A stretch of 34,468 bases of DNA from positions 1 through 34,468 of the forward strand of contig JBFLVU010000004.1 of the NCBI GenBank assembly GCA_040758175.1. Reading direction: 5' to 3'. A program made the translations under genes and the position numbers. The notes beneath the pieces are model-generated. The model did not search any database, was not told where the DNA came from, and saw only the letters and a list, made by a program, of their open reading frames with translations. The first letter of the stretch is position 1. Every line of letters begins with the position of its first letter. The stretch is from Acidobacteriota bacterium. GTDB taxonomy: Bacteria > Acidobacteriota > UBA4820 > DSQY01. Of this stretch, positions 24,079-32,829 are shown piece after piece.

Positions 24079-24867
24079 GTGACGGAGCGCGCAAAGGTGA
24101 CCGCCCTGATCCCGGCGGGAAACGAGGCCCACCAGATCCGGGAGGCCATTCGCAGTGTGGAATGGGCCGACGAGGTCTTCGTGGTGGCCGACGCGGCCGG
24201 CACAGACGGGACGGCCGTCGCCGCCGGTTCCGTACCGGGGGTTCGCGTGGAGGTGCACGAATACGGCTATTCGGCGGCCCAGAAAAACTGGGCGATCCCG
24301 CGGGCTTCCCATCCCTGGATTTTCCTCCTCGACGCCGACGAGCGATGCACGAGCGAGCTCAGGGAGGAGGTGCTGGCCCTTCTTGCCCGGGGACCCGAGG
24401 ACGATGCCTATTGGATCCGGCGGCGCAACCTTTACTTCGGCCGCGTGATGCGCTTCGGGGGTTGGCAGACCGACTCGGTCATCCGCCTCTTCCGCAGGGA
24501 GTGCCGCTACGCCGACCGGCGGGTTCACGCGGAGATCGGAGGCTTCCGGTCCGCAGGAAGGCTCGCGGGTTCCCTTCTCCACGACACGTTTCGCGACTGG
24601 GAGACCTACCTTGCCAAGCTGGACCGTTACACCACATGGGGGGCCGAGCAGGACTTGAGGGACGGCAAGCAGGCGGGGTTCGTGAACGTGGCCCTCCGCC
24701 CGGCGTTCCGTTTCCTCAAGCAGTACGTCTTCCGGCTGGGGTTCCTGGACGGAATCCCAGGGGTCATCGCCGTCTATCTCGCCGTGTACGGGGTCTTCCT
24801 CAAGTACGCCAAGATGTGGGACATGCGAAGAAGGAGCGGAGAGGGCGGGCGCTCCCCCTCCACCTGA
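24079..24867 (+). CDS. family 2 glycosyltransferase (LPS-core/KdtX-like architecture)
   Basis: GTG start 8 nt after GAGGGAGGGA. VTALIPAGNEAHQIREAIRSV, ADEVFVVADAAGTDGT, FLLDADERCT (DXD). The C-terminal tail FRFLKQYVFRLGFLDGIPG is typical of this GT2 subgroup. Confidence 0.75.
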   Translation: MTERAKVTALIPAGNEAHQIREAIRSVEWADEVFVVADAAGTDGTAVAAGSVPGVRVEVHEYGYSAAQKNWAIPRASHPWIFLLDADERCTSELREEVLALLARGPEDDAYWIRRRNLYFGRVMRFGGWQTDSVIRLFRRECRYADRRVHAEIGGFRSAGRLAGSLLHDTFRDWETYLAKLDRYTTWGAEQDLRDGKQAGFVNVALRPAFRFLKQYVFRLGFLDGIPGVIAVYLAVYGVFLKYAKMWDMRRRSGEGGRSPST

Positions 24868-24922
24868 TCGCCCCCTGGCGGAACGACGGGGCAAACGGAC
24901 CGCCGGAAACCCCCGTCCCACC

Positions 24923-24952
24923 TTGACAGGCCTGCCCGCGACAGCCGATAAT
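24923..24952 (+). promoter_or_regulatory. candidate sigma70-type promoter for nfeD-stomatin operon
   Basis: TTGACA (24923..24928), 18-nt spacer, GATAAT (24947..24952), about 20 nt upstream of ATG 24974. The TTG of the -35 is what the ORF track used as the ORF start. Confidence 0.55.
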
Positions 24953-24973
24953 CGGGCCCAGAAGAGGCCCGCC

Positions 24974-26350
24974 ATGAGGAGATTTCTGCCCTTTTTGGTA
25001 TCCGTCTCCGCCCTGATCGCCCCCATCCTGACGGCCGCCGGCGGCGTGGCGCGCATCCGCCTGGAGGGCGCCATCCACAAGGTGACCGAGGAGTACGTGC
25101 TTCAGGCCCTTTCGGAGGCGGCCATCCAACAGGCCGAGGTGGTCCTTCTCGTCATCGACACTCCGGGGGGCTTTGTGAGCTCCGTCGAGGAGATCCAGAG
25201 GGCCGTCCTCCAATCTCCGGTTCCGGTGGTGGCCTACGTGAGCCCCGTCAACGCCCGGGCCGCCTCGGGAGGGGCCCTGGTGGCCCTGGCCTGCGACCTC
25301 GTCGCCATGGCGCCGGGAACGACCATCGGCTCGGCTCACCCCGTGAGCGCCCTGCCTTTCAACCTCCCCACGGCGCCCCCCAAGTCCCCTGGAGAGCGGG
25401 GAAGCAAGGAGGATGGCGGATCCCCCGCCCGCCCCTCGGGCGAGGAGATCATGCTGGAGAAGATCCTGAACGATCTGTCGGCCCACGCCCGGACCCTTGC
25501 CGAACACCGGGGGAGGAGCCCGGAGGCCTACGAGAAGATGCTGAGGGAGAGCGTCTCCTTCACGGAGAAGGAGGCCATGGCCCAAGGCGCCATCGAACTT
25601 GTGGCCAAGGGGGAGGATGAGGTCTTTGCCTACCTGGAAGCGCACCCCATCCGCCGTTTCGACGGGACCGAGGTGGCATTGAATCTGGGGAAGACGCCCC
25701 AGGTGCGAGACTTGGTGCCGACCCTTCGTCAGAAGGTCTTCTCCGGACTGGCGAATCCTAATTTGACACTGGTTCTGCTTCTCCTGGGAGTCATCGGGCT
25801 TTACGCGGAATTCAAAGCGCCCGGGCTGATCCTGCCCGGAGTGGTGGGCGGAATCTGCATCCTCCTCTTCGCCATGTCCACCCAACTCCTCCCGATCAAC
25901 GCCGTGGGTCTGCTCCTGATTCTCCTGGGCATCGCCTTCCTCCTCTTGGAGATCAAGGTCGCCTCGTATGGTATTCTTGGCACGGGAGGGGTCGTGTCCC
26001 TCCTCGTGGGAAGCCTTCTGCTCTACAGGAACAGCCCTATACCGGAGATGAAAGTGTCCTTGCTCTTCGTTCTCCCCATCGTTCTGGTCTTTGCGGCCAT
26101 CCTGTTCTTCCTCGTGACCTTGGCGGTCCGGGCGTTCCGGAACCCCGTCGTCACTGGAGAAGAGGGAATGGTCGGCATGGAGGGCGAGGTTCGGGAGGGA
26201 ATCCACCCTCCCTCGCCCGGAAAGGTCTTTCTGTTCGGCGAATACTGGAACGCCGTGTGCGACCGGCCCGTGGAGGCCGGAAGCAAGATTCGCGTCATCG
26301 GTCGCGAGGGGATGACCCTTCGGGTCGCCCCCCTCGAAGAGGGAGGGTAA
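24974..26350 (+). CDS. NfeD-family membrane-bound serine protease (ClpP-fold N-domain, TM region, C-terminal OB-fold)
   Basis: Start moved to ATG 24974 ([17 protein letters not shown] signal/TM). [23 protein letters not shown] (catalytic Ser context), four to five TM helices ([13 protein letters not shown]...). C-terminus [13 protein letters not shown]...[16 protein letters not shown] is the NfeD OB-fold. Confidence 0.82.
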   Translation: MRRFLPFLVSVSALIAPILTAAGGVARIRLEGAIHKVTEEYVLQALSEAAIQQAEVVLLVIDTPGGFVSSVEEIQRAVLQSPVPVVAYVSPVNARAASGGALVALACDLVAMAPGTTIGSAHPVSALPFNLPTAPPKSPGERGSKEDGGSPARPSGEEIMLEKILNDLSAHARTLAEHRGRSPEAYEKMLRESVSFTEKEAMAQGAIELVAKGEDEVFAYLEAHPIRRFDGTEVALNLGKTPQVRDLVPTLRQKVFSGLANPNLTLVLLLLGVIGLYAEFKAPGLILPGVVGGICILLFAMSTQLLPINAVGLLLILLGIAFLLLEIKVASYGILGTGGVVSLLVGSLLLYRNSPIPEMKVSLLFVLPIVLVFAAILFFLVTLAVRAFRNPVVTGEEGMVGMEGEVREGIHPPSPGKVFLFGEYWNAVCDRPVEAGSKIRVIGREGMTLRVAPLEEGG

Positions 26351-26352
26351 TC

Positions 26353-27117
26353 ATGCCGCCGCTCAGTTTCCCCGTCGTCGCCGTCGTCGTCATTTTTCTA
26401 GGTTGGCTCTTCTCGTGCATAAACATCTTGAACGAGTACGAGAGGGGCGTCATTTTTCGCCTGGGCCGCGTCCTTCCCCAGCCCAAGGGACCGGGGCTCA
26501 TCTTCGTCTTCAAGCCCTTCGACCGGATCGTACGCGTGGCCCTCCGGACCATCGTCCTCGACGTCCCCCCGCAGGACATCATCACCAAAGACAACGTCTC
26601 GGTGAAAGTCAACGCGGTTGTCTACTTTCGGGCCGTGGACCCTCTCAGGGCCATCCTCCAGGTGGAGAACTACATCTACGCGACCTCCCAACTCTCCCAG
26701 ACCACCCTCCGGTCCATTCTTGGGCAGGCCAGCCTGGACGAACTCCTCTCCGAGCGGGAGAAGCTCAGCCAGGAACTTCAGGAGGTCATTGATCAGCATA
26801 CCGACCCGTGGGGGGTCAAGGTGACCCAGGTGGCCATCAAGCAGGTGGACCTCCCACAGGACATGCAGCGCGCCATGGCCCTTCAAGCACAGGCCGAGCG
26901 GGAAAAGCGCGCCAAGATCATCAACGCCGACGGCGAATTCCAGGCATCCCAGACCCTGGCCAACGCGGCCGGAATCATGGCCCAGAATCCCATCACGATG
27001 CAGCTGCGGTACCTGCAGACGCTCACCCAGATTAGCGCCGAAAACGCCTCCACGATCGTATTCCCGGTGCCCGTGGAGTTCCTGAGCGGCCTGTTGAAGG
27101 GACGAGACAAGGCGTAG
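26353..27117 (+). CDS. SPFH/Band 7 family protein (stomatin-like, slipin)
   Basis: Inner part of ORF 26257..27117. ATG 26353 lies 2 nt after the nfeD stop. N-terminal TM helix, then [61 protein letters not shown]. Confidence 0.9.
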   Translation: MPPLSFPVVAVVVIFLGWLFSCINILNEYERGVIFRLGRVLPQPKGPGLIFVFKPFDRIVRVALRTIVLDVPPQDIITKDNVSVKVNAVVYFRAVDPLRAILQVENYIYATSQLSQTTLRSILGQASLDELLSEREKLSQELQEVIDQHTDPWGVKVTQVAIKQVDLPQDMQRAMALQAQAEREKRAKIINADGEFQASQTLANAAGIMAQNPITMQLRYLQTLTQISAENASTIVFPVPVEFLSGLLKGRDKA

Positions 27118-27206
27118 CGGAGAAGACCCATGTCTTTGAGGTCCCGCCCCTCCACACGCGCGCTCCCGGATGGGGGCGGCCTTCCCCGAATGGGGAGAGG
27201 TGGCGT

Positions 27207-28256
27207 GTGAAGTCCGCGCGAAGGCTGCCACCGGGGCTCGAATTGGAGGTGTACAGGGACTTGGCCCGGACCTTCCGCTCCTTCGAGCTGAAGACCGTGG
27301 CCGAGGAGATCTTGAACTCCCTCCTCAGCCATTTGTCGGCGGATTACGGCGTGCTCATGCTCCTCGGCGAGAAGGGCCACTACGTGGAGCGGATCTTCCG
27401 GGCCGGCTTCACCCCCGCCCGCCACACCGCCGACCGGTTTGGGCTCACGCGCTCGGACGTGGAGGCTCTGGCCCGCGACATGATCCCCAAGTTCAAGACC
27501 TTCGGGCCCGGCGCCGGGGATCGCCCCCCTGCCATCGAGGAGGGCGCTCCCATCGGATGCCTGGCCCTCTTTCCGATCCAGCTGGTTTACGACTACGCGG
27601 GCCTCATCCTGCTGGCTTCAAGGGAGGACCGTCACGACTCCACCCTGCTGAACCCGGAGGGCTTCCGCTTGCTGGAGCGGGCCCTGCCGGACCTTTCCTT
27701 CGCGCTCAAGAACGCCCTGACGGCCCGCCGAATGAACGAACTCATCACAAAGGACGACCTCACCCTCGCTTTCAATCGCCGCTTCTTCGAGGATTACCTG
27801 TCCGAGGAGATGGAGCGCGCCCGGCGGTACAACAACCCCCTCTCCCTCATCTTCCTCGACCTGGACGGCCTTCGGGAGGTCAACAACCGGTTCGGCCACG
27901 CCATGGGAAGCCGGACCCTCCAGGAGGCCGCGGCCCGCATCATGAACGCCGTCCGCTCCATTGACAAGGTCATCCGGTACGGCGGCGACGAGTTCTGCAT
28001 CGTTCTGCCGGAGACGCCCTGGGAGGGGGCCCTGGAGGTGGCGGAGCGCATCCGCCAGAGGCTCGCCTCGACCCCCTTCCTTTTGGAGGAGACCGGAGGG
28101 ATCGAGATCACGGGATCCTTCGGCCTTTCCTCCTACCCTGCCCACGCCCTGACCAAGGAGGATCTCATCAAGCGGGCCGACGAGGCCATGTACCGGATCA
28201 AGAGCCAGACCAAGAACGACATCCAGGTGGCCCGTCCCCTCAAGCGATTCCCGTGA
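27207..28256 (+). CDS. diguanylate cyclase (GAF-like N-terminal domain + GGDEF domain with intact I-site)
   Basis: GTG start after GGGGAGAGGTGG. The GGDEF domain has DDLTLAFNRRFF, FLDLDGLREVNNRFGH, RSID (27954..27965) five residues before YGGDEF (GGDEF codons 27981..27995), then SFGLSSYP. The N-terminal 170 aa look GAF-like (YGVLMLLGEKG...LILLASRED). Confidence 0.85.
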   Translation: MKSARRLPPGLELEVYRDLARTFRSFELKTVAEEILNSLLSHLSADYGVLMLLGEKGHYVERIFRAGFTPARHTADRFGLTRSDVEALARDMIPKFKTFGPGAGDRPPAIEEGAPIGCLALFPIQLVYDYAGLILLASREDRHDSTLLNPEGFRLLERALPDLSFALKNALTARRMNELITKDDLTLAFNRRFFEDYLSEEMERARRYNNPLSLIFLDLDGLREVNNRFGHAMGSRTLQEAAARIMNAVRSIDKVIRYGGDEFCIVLPETPWEGALEVAERIRQRLASTPFLLEETGGIEITGSFGLSSYPAHALTKEDLIKRADEAMYRIKSQTKNDIQVARPLKRFP

Positions 28257-28263
28257 GCCTCCC

Positions 28264-29373
28264 ATGAGCGACAAAATCACCCTCGGCGGAAGCCTCTCCG
28301 ACATCAGCCTCCCGATCCTCCTGATGTCCCTGTATCGGGAGCGCGAAACGGGGATCCTGACCCTCGGGGAGGGCACTTGGGACAAGTCCCTCTACCTCAG
28401 CGAAGGGTCCGTCGTCTACGCCTCTTCCACGGACCCCGACGATGGGCTTCTGGAGGCCCTTTTCCGGAGAGGCCTCCTCAGCCTGCCTCATTTTCTCAAC
28501 GCGAGGGAGGCGGCGGGCGGAGGCAGGAGCGTCTACCGCGTGCTGGTGGATCTGGGGGCCCTCGGACCCGAGGAGGTGGTCGAAGGTGTGACTCAGAACC
28601 TCTACGACATCGCCTTCTCGCTCTTCGAGCTCCGGGCCGGAACGTACAGCTTGGGGCTGGCGCCATTCTCCACTCTGGAGATGGTCACCCTTTCCTTGGA
28701 AATCCCCCTCCTCGTTTACAAGGGCATGCAGAGGATTGGAGCGTGGAGCCAGATCTACCGCGCGGTGGGCGACCCGTCCACGAGGCTCTCCCGGGTCCGG
28801 GACCTCCCGCCCTTTGTTGCCGATTTGGAAATGGCCTCCGAGGACGAGCACATTCTCGCCCTGACCAAGTCCGGCATGAGCGTTTCCTCCATTGTGGACG
28901 CCAGTTACCTCCCCGCCTTCCAAACCTACCGGCAACTGTGGATCTTCCTCACGCTGGGCCTATTGGAGAGGGTGCCTGCGAAGGGCTCCCGCGGGCCCAC
29001 GGCCGAGGACCTCGAACCTCTCCTGGACCGGTACAACGACCTGTATTCCTACGTGCATTCTCAAATCGAACCCACCGAGCGGTCCGAGGATGCCCTCCAG
29101 GAGATCTTTCTCGGCCTCCTGTCCTCCCATCCCCGTCTGGCTGATGGGCAGACGGACCTGATCCGGTTCGGAAAGCTCGACGTGGATCTGGCCCTTTGGA
29201 ACCTTCGCGCCTTCCCGGAGGAGGAAAAGTTCGGCCGTCTCCAGGCGTTTCTTGAGGAGGCCCTGTACGCCTTCGTTCTCGCGTCACAGCAGCGACTCTC
29301 CCCCGACGGCCACCAAAGGGTCCTCGCTTACATCCGGCGGAACGCCTGTTCCGCCTCCGGAGACGCCCCTTGA
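28264..29373 (+). CDS. DUF4388 (PATAN-domain) protein
   Basis: 369 aa. N-terminus GSLSDISLPILLMSLYRERETGILTL...KSLYLSEGSVVYASS is the PATAN/DUF4388 signature. The remainder is helical with no recognisable motif. Confidence 0.65.
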   Translation: MSDKITLGGSLSDISLPILLMSLYRERETGILTLGEGTWDKSLYLSEGSVVYASSTDPDDGLLEALFRRGLLSLPHFLNAREAAGGGRSVYRVLVDLGALGPEEVVEGVTQNLYDIAFSLFELRAGTYSLGLAPFSTLEMVTLSLEIPLLVYKGMQRIGAWSQIYRAVGDPSTRLSRVRDLPPFVADLEMASEDEHILALTKSGMSVSSIVDASYLPAFQTYRQLWIFLTLGLLERVPAKGSRGPTAEDLEPLLDRYNDLYSYVHSQIEPTERSEDALQEIFLGLLSSHPRLADGQTDLIRFGKLDVDLALWNLRAFPEEEKFGRLQAFLEEALYAFVLASQQRLSPDGHQRVLAYIRRNACSASGDAP

Positions 29374-29966
29374 GTCGGGCCCGGTTCCGTGCGGTTCCCT
29401 GGAGACAGGTCTTGTGGATCGGCGCCGGCTCGGTGGCTCTTGCCTTTCTCGTGGCGGCCGCGTCCTGGCTGTTTACGCCCCGTCCCTCCTCCGATCCGCC
29501 CGGGCCTGCCAAACCGGTCCCGGAGTCCGTCGTGGAAAGGAAATCCTTCGTCCAAGAATCCGCCGAAACGGATTCGGAGGATCGGGTCGCTTCCTCCGAG
29601 GGACCCTCCGATCCCGAGGAGCCCCTCCCCTTCAACCCTGAACGCCGTCCGGAAGACGCCGCATCGGCGCCTGCCCCTGTTCTCGAACCTCCGCCCTCCA
29701 GTCCACCCCTGGAGGATGGTCGGACCGAGAAGCCCGCGAACGCGGTCGGCGTTGCGGTCCAACTCGGGGCTTTCGGGACACCGGCCAACGCACGGGAACT
29801 TGCCGGGCGCCTGAAGGCGATGGGTTACGGGGCCCGAGTAGTCTCCAAGGACGGGCGCCATAAGGTACTGATCCCGGGATTCCCCGACAGGGCCTCCGCC
29901 GAAAAGGCGCTCCAGGACCTGAAGCGGGCCGGGTTTTCGGGCGCATTCGTAGTGTCCGCGGAGTGA
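29370..29966 (+). CDS. SPOR-domain (septal peptidoglycan-binding) membrane-anchored protein
   Basis: TTG start overlapping the upstream stop (TTGA). N-terminal TM (VLWIGAGSVALAFLVAAASWLF), Pro/Glu/Ser-rich linker. C-terminus VAVQLGAFGTPANARELAGRLKAMGY...VLIPGFPDRASAEKALQDLKRAGFSGAFVV is a SPOR domain. Confidence 0.75.
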   Translation: MSRARFRAVPWRQVLWIGAGSVALAFLVAAASWLFTPRPSSDPPGPAKPVPESVVERKSFVQESAETDSEDRVASSEGPSDPEEPLPFNPERRPEDAASAPAPVLEPPPSSPPLEDGRTEKPANAVGVAVQLGAFGTPANARELAGRLKAMGYGARVVSKDGRHKVLIPGFPDRASAEKALQDLKRAGFSGAFVVSAE

Positions 29967-29968
29967 CC

Positions 29969-30244
29969 ATGGCCAAGGCTCCCAAGCGACAAGGTTTCGA
30001 AGGCCGATTGAAGGAACTCGAGGACCTGGTTTCCCGCCTCGAAGACGGAAGTCTCCCCCTGGAGGAGAGTCTCGCCCTGTTCGAACGGGGGATCCGCCTC
30101 AGCCGGGAATTGGAGGCCGAGCTTCAGTCCGCTAGCCTTCGCGTGACCCGCCTCCTCGAGGGGGATTCGCCGAAAGAGTCCCCCCTGGATGCGGATGCCG
30201 TTTGCGCGGAGCCCCCCGCACAGAATGGACGAGAGGAGCCATGA
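29969..30244 (+). CDS. xseB: exodeoxyribonuclease VII small subunit
   Basis: FEGRLKELEDLVSRLEDGSLPLEESLALFERGIRLSRELEAEL is the XseB pattern. ATG 29969 is preferred. GTG 29963 (GTGA overlap with the SPOR gene stop) is possible. Confidence 0.85.
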   Translation: MAKAPKRQGFEGRLKELEDLVSRLEDGSLPLEESLALFERGIRLSRELEAELQSASLRVTRLLEGDSPKESPLDADAVCAEPPAQNGREEP

Positions 30245-31134
30245 ATCCGGGCACGCTGTTCCGCTGGGCTCCCCTCGTGGACGAGGCGTTGGACCGGGTC
30301 CTCGCGCCCGCCGGAACGGAGCCGCGGGAGCTCCACGAGGCCATGCGCTACAGCGTCTTCGCCGGGGGCAAGCGCCTGCGTCCCATCCTCGCCCTTTGCG
30401 CGTACTCGGCGGCGGGGGGCGTCGAGACGGAAGCCGTCCTGCCCGCCGCGGCGGGACTGGAGTTGCTCCACACCTACAGTTTGATTCACGACGACCTTCC
30501 CTCCATGGACAACGACGATCTGCGCCGCGGGAAGCCTACTTGTCACAAGGTTTTCGGCGAGGCCACGGCCATTCTGGCCGGCGATGCGCTCCAGACGCTC
30601 GGGGCCTACCTCCTCTGCGCGGAGCCCAAGGGCGCCCGGTGGACCGCCCGAAGGAATCGGGTGAGCCGGACCGTCCTGGGGTCCCTCGGATCGCTGGGAA
30701 TGGCGGGCGGACAGGTCCTGGACCTCCGCTTTACGGGCGCCGGTGCGGAGGCGGACGCAAAGACCCTGCAGACCATCCATAGGCTCAAGACGGGGGCCTT
30801 TCTGGAGGCTTGTCTTATGGCCGGGGCCCTGTGGGCGGGGGCCCCCGCCGCCGTGCGGCGGGCCCTTCTTCGGTACGGCCGGGCGGTCGGCCTGGCGTTC
30901 CAGATCGTGGACGACATCCTGGACGCCACGGAGAGCACGGAGAGCCTGGGCAAGACGGCCGGGAAGGACGCCGCCCAAGGAAAGGCCACGTTCCCGGCCC
31001 TCTGGGGACTTGAAGCGTCCCGGAGGGCCGCCCAGGACCTGCTTTCGGAGGCCCTGCGGTCGGTCGCGGACCTCGGCCCGGCCAGCCAAGACCTTCGGGA
31101 AATCGCTCATTTCGTCGTGAACCGGAGCCGATGA
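30241..31134 (+). CDS. ispA: (2E,6E)-farnesyl/geranylgeranyl diphosphate synthase
   Basis: Inner part of ORF 30202..31134. ATG 30241 overlaps the xseB stop (ATGA). GGKRLRP, FARM LIHDDLPSMDNDDLRRGKPT, SARM FQIVDDILD, GKDAAQGKAT. Confidence 0.88.
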   Translation: MNPGTLFRWAPLVDEALDRVLAPAGTEPRELHEAMRYSVFAGGKRLRPILALCAYSAAGGVETEAVLPAAAGLELLHTYSLIHDDLPSMDNDDLRRGKPTCHKVFGEATAILAGDALQTLGAYLLCAEPKGARWTARRNRVSRTVLGSLGSLGMAGGQVLDLRFTGAGAEADAKTLQTIHRLKTGAFLEACLMAGALWAGAPAAVRRALLRYGRAVGLAFQIVDDILDATESTESLGKTAGKDAAQGKATFPALWGLEASRRAAQDLLSEALRSVADLGPASQDLREIAHFVVNRSR

Positions 31135-31874
31135 CCGCCCGCGCCGACCTCCTCCTCGTCCGTCTGGGGCTGGCACCGACTCGCGAGAAGGCCCAGGCCA
31201 TGCTCATGGCCGGCATCGTCTATCTCGGAAGCAGAAGGGTTGATAAGCCGGGGCAGAAGCTGCCCGAGGATTCGATTTTGGAAATCCGCGGCAGGACCTG
31301 TCCCTACGTGAGCCGCGGCGGCCTAAAGATGGAGGGCGCCCTGGACGGCCTTGCCCTGGACGTTCACGGCCTGGTGTGCGCCGATCTCGGAGCCTCCACG
31401 GGAGGATTCACGGATTGCCTCCTGCAGAGGGGCGCCGTTCGGGTCTACGCGGTGGATGTGGGACGGGGGCAACTGCACGAATCCCTGCGCGGTGACCCGA
31501 GGGTCCGCGTCTTCGAGGGGGTCAACGCCCGGAACTTGCCCCAGGACTTCTTCCCCGAAGCCGTGGACCTCGTGGTGGTGGACGCGTCCTTCATATCGCT
31601 CAGATTGCTGCTCCCCTCGATCCTCGCCAGCGCGCCCTCCGCTCGAATCCTGGCCCTTGTGAAGCCGCAGTTCGAGGCGGGTCGCCGCGAGGTGGGGAAG
31701 GGCGGCGTGGTCCGGGACCCCGCCATCCGGGCCCGCGCCGTCGCGGGCGTGGTGGAACATGCGGCCGGCCTGGGCTATACTCTGCTCGCCACCGTGGAGT
31801 CGACCGTGAAGGGCCCAAAAGGAAACGTCGAGTCCTTTGTCCTCCTGCTCCCTCCAAGGGAGGGGCCGCCTTGA
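31131..31874 (+). CDS. tlyA: TlyA-family rRNA (cytidine-2'-O)-methyltransferase
   Basis: ATG overlaps the ispA stop (ATGA). S4-like N-terminus (RADLLLVRLGLAPTREKAQAMLMAG.V), YVSRGGLKMEGAL, DLGASTGGFTDCLLQRGA..VYAVDVG, DASFISL. Confidence 0.88.
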   Translation: MTARADLLLVRLGLAPTREKAQAMLMAGIVYLGSRRVDKPGQKLPEDSILEIRGRTCPYVSRGGLKMEGALDGLALDVHGLVCADLGASTGGFTDCLLQRGAVRVYAVDVGRGQLHESLRGDPRVRVFEGVNARNLPQDFFPEAVDLVVVDASFISLRLLLPSILASAPSARILALVKPQFEAGRREVGKGGVVRDPAIRARAVAGVVEHAAGLGYTLLATVESTVKGPKGNVESFVLLLPPREGPP

Positions 31875-32800
31875 CCGGGCGACGGATCCGCAAGGTCGCC
31901 GTGGCCGCCAAGCCCCAACCCGCGGGCCGCCTGCCCATACTTGACCGGCTCTTGGCCCACCTCGCGCGGCTCGGAGCCGAAGTGGTTCTTGACGAGGAAG
32001 CCTTCAAACTCGCGCGAAGGCCCAATCTGAGGGCCCTGTCCCGCGCCCAGATCCCCGCGGAGGCGGACCTTGTGGTTGTCCTGGGGGGAGACGGAACGCT
32101 CCTGTCGGTGGCCAGGCACTCCGGACGCCACGGCACCCCCATCCTCGGTGTGAACCTGGGCAACCTGGGATTCCTCACCGAAGTGAGCGCCTCCGAAATG
32201 ATCGCGGCCGTGGATTCCTGCTTTTCAGGCGAGGCGCGCGTGGAGCGCAGGATGATGCTCCGCGCCGACCTTTTGCGGAGAGGAAGGACCCGCGCCACCT
32301 TCTCTTGCCTGAACGACGTGGTCGTGGCCAAGACCGCGCTGGCCCGCATGATCGACATCCGGGTGGACGTGGGGGGAGGCCTGCTTACGACCATGCGCAG
32401 CGATGGAATCATCGTGGCCACGCCAACCGGCTCGACCGCCTACAACCTCTCCGCGGGGGGGCCCATCGTCACCCCAGGGATGGACGGAATCCTCATCACC
32501 CCCCTTTGCCCTCATACTCTGACCATGCGACCGCTCGTCGTGGGCGCCACCTCGAGGATTGACGTGGAACTGATCGGAGAATCGGGCCCGGTTTTTCTTA
32601 CGGCGGACGGCCAGGAGGGTCACCCGGTGGAAGGGGGAGACCGGATCGTCGTTCGCCGGGCGCCGCATTCGGTGCGCCTCGTGACAGACGGGGCCCGCTC
32701 CTACTTCTCCCTCCTGAGGGAAAAACTGGGCTGGGGAACACAACCCTCCGGCTCCGACCCGGATTCTCCAGGCGTTGCCCGAAACCGGCGCCGGGGGTAA
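31871..32800 (+). CDS. nadK: NAD(+) kinase
   Basis: TTG start overlapping the tlyA stop (TTGA). It is the only start codon upstream of the conserved IRKVAVAAKP N-terminus. GGDGTLLSVAR, LGFLTE, LNDVVV, SDGIIVATPTGSTAYNLSAGGPIV. Confidence 0.88.
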   Translation: MTGRRIRKVAVAAKPQPAGRLPILDRLLAHLARLGAEVVLDEEAFKLARRPNLRALSRAQIPAEADLVVVLGGDGTLLSVARHSGRHGTPILGVNLGNLGFLTEVSASEMIAAVDSCFSGEARVERRMMLRADLLRRGRTRATFSCLNDVVVAKTALARMIDIRVDVGGGLLTTMRSDGIIVATPTGSTAYNLSAGGPIVTPGMDGILITPLCPHTLTMRPLVVGATSRIDVELIGESGPVFLTADGQEGHPVEGGDRIVVRRAPHSVRLVTDGARSYFSLLREKLGWGTQPSGSDPDSPGVARNRRRG

Positions 32801-32829
32801 ACTCGAATCGTCTGCTAGGAGGTTTCGCG

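Noticed and set aside
20019-24867. Reading the CYTH + nucleotidyltransferase + STAS genes as a cyclic-nucleotide anti-phage defence system (CBASS/Pycsar-like)
   Set aside because: No effector is present (no nuclease, TIR, patatin, TM-pore or SAVED/CARF sensor). The nucleotidyltransferase has the sugar-1-phosphate GXGTRXXPLT signature, not a CD-NTase or Pol-beta fold signature. The flanks are glycosyltransferases and housekeeping genes, not a defence island.
23878-26206. Antisense ORFs 23878..25080 and 24800..26206, and likewise 30124..31176, 32775..34343, 32815..34104
   Set aside because: They lie opposite confidently identified genes (GT2, nfeD, ispA, the DUF1573 protein). They have biased composition and no motifs.
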